From: Octopus bimaculoides
Lineage: Eukaryota
Length of the DNA: 33,814 bases
Assembly (NCBI RefSeq): GCF_001194135.2
Contig: NC_068983.1
Location: forward strand, 53,542,246 to 53,576,059
Direction of reading: 5' to 3'
The translations under genes and the position numbers were made by a program. Of the stretch, positions 11,326-20,720 are shown piece by piece; the stretch's first letter is position 1, and each line of letters begins with the position of its first letter. Below the pieces are notes generated by a model that did not search any database, had not been told where the DNA came from, and worked only from the letters and a program-made list of their open reading frames with translations.

Positions 11326-11538
11326 CCCTTTAGCATCTAAACCAGTTATATCAGTCTCAAATATTCCGTCTTCAAACTGGTCAGATCCTACCTCTCACAC
11401 CTACCCTATCCATATTATTCTAAGAATAAACAATTACATTATTGAATCTCAAAGCTAAGAGATAATGCATGGTTAATGCAAAACAATGTGTGAATAAATA
11501 AGTATTACACTAGACAGAGTAATCTGAGTGCTAAAGGG
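11326..11538. mobile_element. piggyBac-type MITE family G
   Basis: Perfect 10-bp TIRs CCCTTTAGCA (11326-11335) and TGCTAAAGGG (11529-11538); flanks TCAA and TTAA. Confidence 0.82.
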
Positions 11539-11616
11539 TTAATCCTGTAGAATATCCAGAATGTGAAAGAGCTACAGCAGCAGTGAAATGGTACCCATTG
11601 ACTGGCATAATGTTAA

Positions 11617-11721
11617 ATTGCTTTACTCAAGGAAACAACATACCTCCTAGTTCCAGAATCGAACCCATGACCCAATGATTGTGAGTTCAGCATGCTAACC
11701 ACTTGGCCATGCACCTTCACA
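11617..11721 (-). mobile_element. Family D SINE head fragment
   Basis: Reverse complement gives gtgaaggtgcatggccaagtggttagcatgctgaactcacaatc...gggttcgattctgg. Confidence 0.78.
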
Positions 11722-12580
11722 CCCCTGTATTATGGTTCATTTATTAATTGTAGTTCTATCCTATCTTTTGCAAGTCGTGTATTATGTATGTAGTGCATCA
11801 ACTTTCTTCAGCTGTTTGGGATTATAGCATCAGCTGCATTTTTCTGACATGAAACTATACTATCAATATTAAATATATTTCCACCTACTAAACTGTTTAG
11901 TAATATTGAATGATGTTCTAGATAATGTTAATAGTTAATGTTATTTATGACAAGTAGAGCAGGAGAAAGCTCTTGATGAGCTTCATCTGTGATCCAGTTT
12001 ATTCCTGGTTGTAGCTCTGCTTCATTCCACTTTTGAATAAAGTATGACTAGCACATAATTTTATTTCCCATCCTCTTTAAATATATGGCACTGTGCCAAT
12101 GCCCAAAGCCACATATCCATGTAAGAACACATGGTGACTTTGCATTAATGTGAGATATTAATATTAATGTCTACAACTAATAGACAACTGTATTTGTTCA
12201 TCTGCAGTTAACATGGATGCCATTCTAAAGTACTCATTATCTCGGTCCCAAATCTATTGGCAGTTCTTATTATTTAGTAAGAACATAATTTTATCATCAC
12301 CCTCATTACGTCAATACCATCAAAGCCCTTTTCCATCTGTTTGATTGCTATATGTTTGTTCAGCATAAATGCACTGTTACCACATATAACTCCTCAACTT
12401 TTCAGATATTCTTATTGTTATAGATCAAACTAAAGATACTTTATATCTTTTCATCCACAACATATAATAGCTGAGACAATTTCATTGCTTGTATTGCATG
12501 AAATATAAAAAACAAAAAGCACGAAAGGAAAACAAAAATCAATAAATAGGCTGAGCCAGTTAAAAATCTTTTACATAGTC

Positions 12581-12933
12581 GCACCATTTGAGTGTGATTG
12601 TTACCAGCGTCACCTTACTGGCACGTGAAAAAACATTCAAGAGAGGTCGATGCCAGTGCTGCTGGACTGGCTCCTGTGCAGGTGGCACGTAAAAAACACC
12701 ATTTTGAGTGTGGCCATTTCCAGTACTTCCTGACTGGCCCTCGTGCCGGTGGCACGTAAAAGCACCCACTACATTCGCAGAGTGGTTGGCGTTAGGAAGG
12801 GCACCCAGCTGTAGAAACTCTGCCAGATCAGATTGGAGCCTGGTGCAGCCATCTGGTTCACCAGTCCTCAGTCAAATCGTCCAACCCATGCTAGCATGGA
12901 AGGAGGACATTAAGCGATGATGATGATGATGAT
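12581..12933 (+). mobile_element. Longest family B copy, with internal tandem units of about 55-65 nt and a (GAT)n tail
   Basis: tggcacgt(a/g)aaa occurs three times; 3' part near-identical to 3113 and 28428. Confidence 0.9.
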
Positions 12934-13259
12934 TTGACCTGTTCAGCATAGCAAACAAACTTACACAGCAAATTTCATCTTTTTAGTAGTAAAATTATAT
13001 CTGAAAATTTTTAATCTTAGAATAACAAGTTCTGCTGTAAATATGATAGAGCATTTATTATATAATGGAATAGTCAAAAAAAGGTGATAATACTGGTGCA
13101 ACCCCTGCATGGCCACAACCTTCGGGCTGAAATGCAGAAAAGAATGAAAGAATCTGATACCAAAAAAAACTGATGTGCTGGGTTATGTTTTGAGGTATAT
13201 TTTAAAGGAAATTTTGGTCAATTAACTCTCTGCTATAGTTTTACTTAAGCAAAAAGGGA

Positions 13260-13505
13260 AGACACATAGCCAGGTGACTAAAATGTTGTTCTCACAATCA
13301 CAAGATCATGGTTTTGATGTGATTCCCAGACTGGGTGGTGCATAGTGTTTGAGTGCAAAACACTTCATTTTCATGTCGCTTCAGTCCACTCAGCTGCAAA
13401 TGAGGAACCCTGTGACAGACTGGCACCCCATTCAGAGGCAATGTTGTGATGTCAGTTACCTATGCCATTGGAACCATGTAAACCTATAAGGCTAAAGGCT
13501 TGAGA
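13260..13505 (+). mobile_element. Degenerate family D SINE with a different tail
   Basis: Core cacttcattttcatgtcgcttcagtccactcagctgcaaatg, then gaaccctgtgacagactggcaccccattcagagg. Confidence 0.68.
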
Positions 13506-13792
13506 CAATGTTCAGTGTTGTTGATGAAAGATCATAGAGACATTTCACAAGCAACAACTGCTAAAATATTAAGATCCAAAGGGTTAGAAGTTAAATTTCT
13601 TATTGCTTGTGTCTTCTCCAGGTCTGGTTAATTCCATTGCAGTCATTCATTTTAGATTTTGGAGGTCAAACAATTAAGATCCTTTGCCTTCATATGGGGA
13701 TTGTAAATGGAAATATATCTCTTAAGCCTAGAGATCTTTGAGGGCCAATCCTTAACTCTGGTTTTATGGAACTGAGCAGTTGATACAAAATG

Positions 13793-13834
13793 CCTGGCAG
13801 GCATTTCATCTATTTAGATAAAATACCTGCCAGG
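13793..13834. repeat. 42-bp palindrome
   Basis: 20-bp arms 18/20 complementary, 2-nt centre. Confidence 0.85.
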
Positions 13835-14046
13835 TTATGATAATTCATGGATAATCTGGCATCAGTATCTGACAACTAAATGAACTGATGTTGTATTGGT
13901 AAAAAAAAGACTTTTGTCCAAAACTCATTTAACTCCTTTTCTACCAACCCACCAGATTCTTTGATACATGCTTTCTGTTTTAAAGTGATCTGAATTAAAA
14001 CTTTCATCGAAATATGTTAATGTTTCAAATACAAGATTAATAATGA

Positions 14047-14241
14047 TTTTAAATTTTGGCACAAGGCCAAGAAGTTCAGGGGAGGGGGTAAGTTGATTAC
14101 ATTGACCCCCAATCTTCAACTGGTACTTATTTAATTGACCCCAAAAGGATGAAAGCAGAGTCAACCTTGGTGGCATATGAACTCAGAACATAAAGACAGA
14201 TGAAATACTGCTATGCATTTTGTCTGACATACTAATGATTC
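14047..14241 (-). mobile_element. Family A SINE (tail A2) inside MITE F
   Basis: aaattttggcacaaggcc...caactggtacttattt...gaactcagaacataaagacagatgaaatac. Confidence 0.85.
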
Positions 14242-14474
14242 TTATTTCTTTATTGCCCACAGGGGGCTAAACATAGAGGGGACAAACAAGAACAGACAAA
14301 GGGATTAAGTCGATTACATGACCCCAGTGAGTAACTGGTACTTAATTTATCGACCTTGAAAGGATGAAAGGCAAAGTTGACTTCAGTGGAATTTGAACTC
14401 AGAACGTAGCAGCAGACAAAATACCGCTAAGCATTTCTCCCAGCATGCTAACGTTTCTGCCAGCTTACCACCTT
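14242..14474 (-). mobile_element. Family A SINE (tail A1), young, full length
   Basis: ttatttctttattgcccac...gacaaacaagaacagac tail; complete head ending ctgccagcttaccacctt. Confidence 0.92.
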
Positions 14475-15193
14475 GATACCAGCTTAATGACGAAGTTGCT
14501 TTACTAAACTCTTCGTTAATTTCAAACTTAATTGAAATAAAGGTAACATATTTCAATAGATGGTAATATAAAGGTTAAGCAATTGCAACAGATTTTGAAT
14601 TATGATCTAAGACAGGTATTTCAAAATATTCCCCCTGCAGCCATTCTATCCAACCATCTGTATGTATATGGATTCAGTCTTTGCCACAAGCAATTCAGAT
14701 TGACCTCAGTAGAAAGTAAACTTGACTTCCATACGTCTACCAAATGAAAGAAATTGTTTTTAACCGCTCATTGAAAGTGATGTCTCCTATATGTGAAAAA
14801 TATAACTAAACAGTTTCTTTTTCTTTTTCTTTTTAATATTAATTGATCAGTATTTCTATATAATTCTTCATAACATCACGAAAGACTGGATGAGAATGGT
14901 TTCTTGACCTTCAAACAGATTGCTGCAACATTGAAATGAAATTTAATGAAGAGATTCAGTGTCTTTTATTAACTAATTTGTAGACATACATGAACTCTTG
15001 ACTGTTTCTACCTGCTACAAAAGCGACACAGTTTATGAGTGAACTTAACATGATTATTATTTCCTGTTATTCATAGGTGTACACACATATACATGTCTGC
15101 ATATGACTATGTACTTATGTATGTCTGTGTGTGTGTGTATATTTATGTGATTGTATATATGTATATATATATCTGTGTGTGTGTACATACATA

Positions 15194-15590
15194 CAAGGTG
15201 CTTCTAGAATGTTTGAGACTTTTTCAGAAGAGACATTTATTAATTTCAAAGCAGAACAAAACTCTAATCTCCTAAGTAGGATCCTTTGACTTCATGGCAC
15301 ACTTTTTGTAGTGCTCCAGCCGCTTTGTGAAGGCCCTGTTGAAGGGAAGCTGTGCAAGACCCTTGTCACATCATCCTTCATCTCAATAACTTCAAAACAA
15401 CTGCTCTTGAGATTCTCCTACAGCTTGAGGAACAATCAAATGTCAAGGGATTAAGGTGTGGGTAGTAGGGAGGGTGAGGGACAACTGCATTCTGTAAACT
15501 AGTCAGCTGTGACAAACAGCACTTGGTATGGTGTGTTCAAAGTGTTGTTACAGCTATCTCCTTCAATCTGTTGCAGGTCAGTTTATTTAG
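15194..15590 (-). pseudogene. Mariner (DD34D-type) transposon 3' remnant with a decayed transposase C-terminus
   Basis: Minus strand with frameshifts reads VPHPPYYPHLNP/CDIWLFLKL*ENLKSSCFEVIEMKDDVTRVL...AFTKRLEHYKKC (mariner HPPYSPDLAPCDF motif); TA plus TIR-like caaggtgcttctagaatgtttgagac at 15192-15219. Confidence 0.78.
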
Positions 15591-15639
15591 ATGTATAACA
15601 ATGATTAACTAAAGTTACAGTAATATAGAACAGTTATAA

Positions 15640-15851
15640 GGTGACAAACTGGCAGAATCGTTAGCATGCCGAGCGAAATGCTCAGCGGTATTTCGTCTGC
15701 CATTACGTTCTGAGTTCAAATTCCGCCGAGGTCGACTTTACCTTTCATCCTTTCAGGGTCGATAAATTACGTACCAGTTGCACACTGGGGTTGATCTAAT
15801 CAACTGGCCCCCTCCCGCAAAATTTCAGGCCTTGCGCCTAGAGTAGAAAGA
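15640..15851 (+). mobile_element. Family A SINE (tail A3), young, with TSD
   Basis: A-box-like TGGCAGAATCG 15650-15660; B box GAGTTCAAATTCC 15712-15724; 18-bp TSD 15622-15639 / 15852-15869 (16/18). Confidence 0.93.
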
Positions 15852-16076
15852 AATATGGAACAATTATAACTGTCTCTCCTAAAGAAACATCCCTAAACTT
15901 TTGGAATTCACATCATATATATATACATATAGGGAAAGATGCATGCATATATATATATATATGTGTGTGTGTATGTGCGTATGCATGCATGGAGAAAGAG
16001 AGAGAGAGAGAAGTGATGGATGTTAAGTGTTGATGATGATGATATAATATTTACTGTTGTCTACTTTTCATTGCAG

Positions 16077-16284
16077 GGATGCTTCCAGTTCGATGGATGT
16101 CCCCAGAAAGTATATGGGATGGAATTTTCACAGCATTGTCAGATATTTGGAGTTTCGGTGTACTTTTGTATGAAATAGTAACATTCGGTAGTTTTCCTTA
16201 CCAAGGCCTCTCAAATAACCAAGTTCTGGAATATATCCGAAGTGGGAGTCGTATCACATTACCAGATTCATGTTCAATTGAAGT
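16077..16284 (+). CDS. vkr: Penultimate coding exon of a receptor tyrosine kinase (kinase subdomains VIII-X), probable Venus kinase receptor
   Basis: Acceptor ttttcattgcAG (16075-76); (G)[56 protein letters not shown]; donor GTAAGT 16285-16290; phase 1 start, phase 2 end. The tyrosine kinase call is firm; VKR rests on recalled motif similarity (YEIxTFGSFPxQGxxNxQVL). Confidence 0.9.
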
Positions 16285-16354
16285 GTAAGTTATTTCAAGT
16301 TGATAAATTTTATGACAGTCTTAGTAAATTGAAAAAAACTGATTGCTATAAGCT

Positions 16355-16498
16355 GTGTGAGAAGAAGCTTGCTTCCCAACCACATGGTTCCAGATTCAGT
16401 CCCATTGTGTGGCACCTTGGGTAAGTGTCTTCCACTATAGCCCAGGGCCAACCAAAGCCTTGTGAGTGGTTTTAATAGATGGAAACTGAAAGAAGCTG
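16355..16498 (+). mobile_element. Family C SINE head
   Basis: agaagcttgcttcccaaccacatggttcc...gatggaaactgaaagaagc. Confidence 0.9.
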
Positions 16499-16511
16499 CT
16501 GTGAGTTTATG

Positions 16512-16682
16512 TAGGCACAGGCGTGGCTGTGTGGTAAGAAGCTTACTTCCCAACCACATGGTTCTGGGTTCAGTCCTACTGTGTGGCACATTGAGCAAGT
16601 GTCTTCTACTATAGCTTTGGGCTGACCAAAGCCTTATGAGTGGATTTGGCTGACAGAAACTGAAAGAAGCCCATTGTATATG

Positions 16683-16714
<32 letters not shown>
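16512..16714 (+). mobile_element. Family C SINE head, complete, plus (TA)n linker
   Basis: A box TGGCTGTGTGG 16524-16534 and B box GGTTCAGTCC 16567-16576. Confidence 0.92.
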
Positions 16715-16804
16715 TGAAACAAAACAAAAATGCTACTTTCTTAAAAGTGGGTAAATTTTAATTTTCTTCTTTATAAATACATTAAAAGGCGATTGTTTTG
16801 GTTT

Positions 16805-16846
16805 TGTTTTACATGTTTCAGTTTTTGAAAAACCTTATCAAAAATA
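16805..16846 (-). ncRNA. Degenerate minimal type I hammerhead-like motif (tentative)
   Basis: Minus strand UAUUU-UUGAUAA-GGUUUUUCAAAAACU-GAAA-CAUG-UA-AAACA: two core changes, palindromic stem II, palindromic stem III ACAUGU, GUA triplet; low complexity. Confidence 0.4.
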
Positions 16847-16944
16847 TGTACTAAAATCGAATATGTAGAGAGAAAGGAGCTTTTAATAAAATTAAATTAA
16901 CATTAAATGTGTTACCTCTACACATTTAAAAAAATATATATGTA

Positions 16945-17120
16945 TATGTTTGTGTTTGTGTTTGTTCCCCTACCATTGCTTGACAACTGATGTTGGTGTG
17001 TTTACATCCCCATAACAAACAATATCGATAGAATAAGTCCTAGGCTTACAAAGAATAAGTCCTGGTGTCTCCAGTATGGCCACAGTCAAATGACTGGAAC
17101 AAAATAAAAGAATAAAAAAA
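16945..17120 (+). mobile_element. Family C SINE tail (internally deleted)
   Basis: tgcttgacaactgatgttggtgtgtttacatcccc...ggcttacaaagaataagtcctgg...cagtcaaatgactggaac. Confidence 0.85.
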
Positions 17121-17122
17121 GA

Positions 17123-17316
17123 ATGTGTGTTTGTGTTTGTCCACCACTGCTCAACAACCAGTGTTGGTTTGTTTACATACTTGTAACTTAGCAGTGTGGC
17201 AAAAACAACTAATAACAGGGTTAAACAAAAAAAGAGTATTGGGGTCAATTTCTTCAACTAATACTCTTCAAAGCAGTGCTCCAGCATGGCCACAGTCCAA
17301 TGATTGAACCCTGCAA
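17123..17316 (+). mobile_element. Second, older family C SINE tail
   Basis: caacaaccagtgttggtttgtttac...gtaacttagcag...ggggtcaatt...gtgctccagcatggccacagtc. Confidence 0.8.
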
Positions 17317-17409
17317 AAAAATGAACAATAAAAGATATTTAAATCACTATTGCACTTTTTTTCTGAGGTTATCTTTTTTCTCTTGATGAGTGTTTGAAGG
17401 GCCAGTGCC

Positions 17410-17872
17410 CATAAGCTGCACAGGCCCTCAGAGTTCAGTAAACATGATGCCATTAATATATCTGTTTATACTGCTGCAGGAAAGATGTAAGTAAGGAGAA
17501 GATTTCAGAGGGTCAACATTTTGGGGTGGAAAGACTGGCCAGTGTTTAGTGTAGTGCTGTGGAAGTATGGGTGTTGGATGTGGAGAATCAAAATGACAAG
17601 GTGGTGAAACACGTGGGTCAAGAGTGGCAGTATAATGAAGGCATAAGATCAGCTGGCTCTGAGGAAGAGTGGTTATTATAGTAGCAATAGAAAAGACAGT
17701 GAGAGGAGATAGCCTGCTTGTTGACAAGAATCTGAATGTTAAACAGTTGAGTGGCTTTTGCATGAGCGCTATCCAGAATGTTTGTCTTTTAAGGAGCAGT
17801 GCCATGCCACCTGCAGGACCAGTACTCTCTTGTGGGCCTCACTTGAGACCCTTGTTGAGTAAGGTTCTTTTT
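17410..17872 (-). mobile_element. Decayed CR1/Jockey-group LINE, RT C-terminal and 3' fragment
   Basis: One minus frame with stops reads QVRPTREYWSCRWHGTAP*KTNILDSAHAKATQL...ISSHCLFYCYYNNHSSSEPADLMP, matching the QxRPxLEYCSxxW...LDxxQxKAxRL...LFYRYYxGxCSSEL pattern of these LINEs. Confidence 0.72.
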
Positions 17873-18062
17873 TGTGGGAAGGGTTTTTTTTTTTTTTTGT
17901 AGAAGGTAAGAACTCACCCAAAAGTCAAAGAAATTTTATTCATTACTTTAGTATACATACAAGACACATTATCAACCAGACACAAAGAGCAGTGGTTTGT
18001 AAGCTTAAAGGCAGGTAGCAAATGTTATGGGAAGCCCTGGGGATTGAATGGAAGAATGATTT

Positions 18063-18278
18063 AAAGTAGCCAGCTGGTAGAAACGTTAGCACGGCGGGCA
18101 AAATGCTTAGCGGTATTTCATCTGTCTTTACGTCCTGAGTTCAAATTCCACCAAGGTTGACTTTGCCTTTCATCCTTTCAGGGTCAATAAATTAAGTACC
18201 AGTTGTATATTGGAGTCAATCTAATCAACTGGCCCCCTCCCCAAAAATTTTGAGCCTTGTGCCTAGAGTAGAAAAGAA
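18063..18278 (+). mobile_element. Family A SINE (tail A3)
   Basis: Near-identical layout to 15640-15851. Confidence 0.92.
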
Positions 18279-18281
18279 TAC

Positions 18282-18423
18282 TTGACTGGTACTTTATTTT
18301 ATGGCTCCACCCACCGAAGGGATTAAAGGCAAATTTGACCTCACTGAGATTCGAATTCAGAACGTAAAAAGCTGGAAAAAATGTTGCTAAGCATTTTGTC
18401 TGACATTTTAATGATTCTTTCAG
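18282..18423 (-). mobile_element. Older family A SINE fragment, tail-to-tail with the preceding copy
   Basis: gactggtactttatttt...aaaggcaaatttgacctc...ttcagaacgtaaa...gctaagcattttgtctgac. Confidence 0.78.
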
Positions 18424-20188
18424 TCCTCCAACTTACTACACAAATATAAAGAGCTTGAAATGTAAAGCACATTATTCAGCATGTAAGGCTCTTTTCTTCC
18501 AAGATGTTCTACTCAACACATAATGTACTTCTCATTCTACAAGTCTGGTGCTTCTTACTCTACATGAAAACACTCTCCTTTGTACATCATGAGTTTTACA
18601 TTTACAGAAGCACTACTCTTACAGTAAGTTGCAGCCCACTCTCTGTGTACACGATGTTACATCTTCAAAACATTTCAATCAGAAATAAGTAGTAGTTTTG
18701 CTTGATATTTAGGAAAGCCAACTTTATGAAACATGCTTTCAAGTATTGTCAATTACTTATCGAAAAAACAAAAAAGCTGATTTTCCATTTGTTCAGTGAA
18801 TTGTTTGAGTTTTTCTTCCTCATTCATCCTAGTCACCACATATATCCCTTATTATTTTTGAACAGTTTTACAGCCTTTGAAATTGAAAAGAAAAATTAGC
18901 AAGTTCAAACAACTTCAAGGACTTTAGAAATACATTAAGAATCAAAATGTCTTGTTACATATTGACAGGAATTTACAGAAGCATATAGTTCCTATTTCAA
19001 ACTAATAAACTTGCTGTTTATTTTGCTATGCAACTCATTGAAATAAAATGTACAACTACGTCATGATTTTCTGCAACAACTCTATATAAGAAAGATAAAA
19101 TTCTAAATACAGCAAATAACAGATTATCTGTTTGAAAACTTTTTAAAAAGTATTTAAACATAAAAGAAAATAATTTTAAAATTTAAAACAACTAAGAACT
19201 TTTTGCAAGCATTACAATAAAATGCAAAAACAAAATGAAAACAGTCCTTTTAATATTATCCAGTTATCCAAAAGTATAATTTCTATTCAATAGAAATTGC
19301 TAGATGCATGAAATGAAGCATGAAATATTGAAGATATTCCTTGAAATAAATATATTCATATCTTTGATAATTCTTGTATTTCAAACTGTTTTGTTATTTT
19401 TCTTTTTATTTGCAGCTCACATGTCTCTGTTTTTATAATAATATGTCTAATATACATAAAGTAAAAATCTTCTGCTTTCTTGTGTTCACTCAAATATTTA
19501 TTTAGTCATGTATTATTTATATATTTATAGAAAATTATATTTTAAGTTGAGGTTTCCAATTACAAATCACTTTTCCATTTGGAATATCTAACCTAAAACT
19601 ATTATTTATGATACAGATTTTTATCAAAGCATGCAAAATTAAGTGTATTTGAAAGGGTGTGTGTGTGTGCATATTGCGTTTATGTACGTATCTAGAATAT
19701 ATGCACTCAAGTGTACATCAAGCATTTTTCAAATTCCTTCTAAAAAGATGAAAATCTTATAAAAACCTCTATTACATTTGACAAGCAGGAAGATCAACTT
19801 CCTTTTGTAATGGTAAATATTATGATTTCTTAAAGTCACTTATATTAGAAATGACTATTTTAATGTATTTTCAAAGTGTAATCTTTCAAGTCCTGACATC
19901 TTTACCACTGACAGAAAATGACAATTCTATTATCTGCTGTTGTATTTAAAATGAAAGGCAGTACGGTTTTTGATTACAGCCTTCATGGCTGTCAAATTGA
20001 CAATTCAAATTTCTCACATTTCAGATTTCATAGCAATTTCATAAATATTTTCAATTCAAGCACAAAATGGAAAAAATTTAGCCTATTTAATTTGTTACTT
20101 CAATCGAAAACTATATTTTGAATATTCTGAAATAAAATTCTTTATTCTGGTTATTGTGAATACTAAAGCACTTTCTTTTCTATTTCAG

Positions 20189-20720
20189 ACGAACACTGAT
20201 TTATTCTTGTATGGCTTTCAATCCATCAGAACGCATAAAATTGGATGACATTTTACAAGCATTTTCAGAAAACACTGAATATCTACAGCCTTGTTTAGAT
20301 GTTCCTTCGTCTAGTGTTGCTTTAGAAGGAACTTATTCAATTGAGATTGCACAACAATCTGGTCAAACATCTCTAAGTCATAACACCTCACATACTTTAC
20401 TCCAGACATCCCCAGGGGCTACCTCAGAAGTCAGCACAATGTTACGGAAAAATAGCCCTGGGGGAAAACTATCTGCTAAAGCTCACAAATCAGGTGGCCA
20501 TTTATTTGGCCGGCCACGCAGTAACAGTTCAATTGCTCCATTTAATAACTCTCGAGGGTCTGTTGTGATGACAGTACAAAATTTTCATATGAGCTCACCA
20601 CAGATTCGAATGCAAGCACCTTCTTCTGTACCTATAGACAATAAGGTTGAGAGCAGTAATGTTTCTGACCAAGTTAGTGAAGTGTCACGTGAATTATGTC
20701 AGACTGTAACATCAGTATGA
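20189..20720 (+). CDS. vkr: Terminal coding exon of the same receptor tyrosine kinase (subdomain XI plus Ser-rich tail), probable VKR
   Basis: Acceptor ctttcttttctatttcAG (20187-88); phase matches upstream exon (GT|A = Val), giving SCSIEVRTLIYSCMAFNPSERIKLDDILQAFSENTEYLQPCLDVPSSSV...QTVTSV*; stop TGA 20718-20720. PCLDVPxxSV is recalled as a post-kinase motif of insect VKRs. Confidence 0.88.

Larger units (their letters stand above)
13933..14574. mobile_element. MITE family F interrupted by two nested family A SINEs
   Basis: TTAA 13929-13932, F body to 14046, resumes at 14476, ends AAAGG plus TTAA 14575-14578. Confidence 0.72.

Noticed and set aside
12581-12770. CRISPR-like or bacterial repeat array
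   Set aside because: Eukaryotic context; the units are internal to a retroposon and lack unique spacers.
15884-15918. Possible second TIR of the 15194 mariner
   Set aside because: Only about half the positions match; not distinguishable from background.
16290-16727. 145-aa minus-strand ORF with an internal repeat
   Set aside because: The repeat arises from two tandem family C heads read antisense.
17428-17902. ORFs 17428-17805 (-) and 17669-17902 (+) as genes
   Set aside because: Off-frame or antisense readings of the decayed LINE.
19390-19463. Strong acceptor-like site (tttttatttgcAG at 19414-15) as an alternative last exon
   Set aside because: Would add only about 15 residues, remove kinase subdomain XI, and has no supporting poly(A) signal or transcript evidence.
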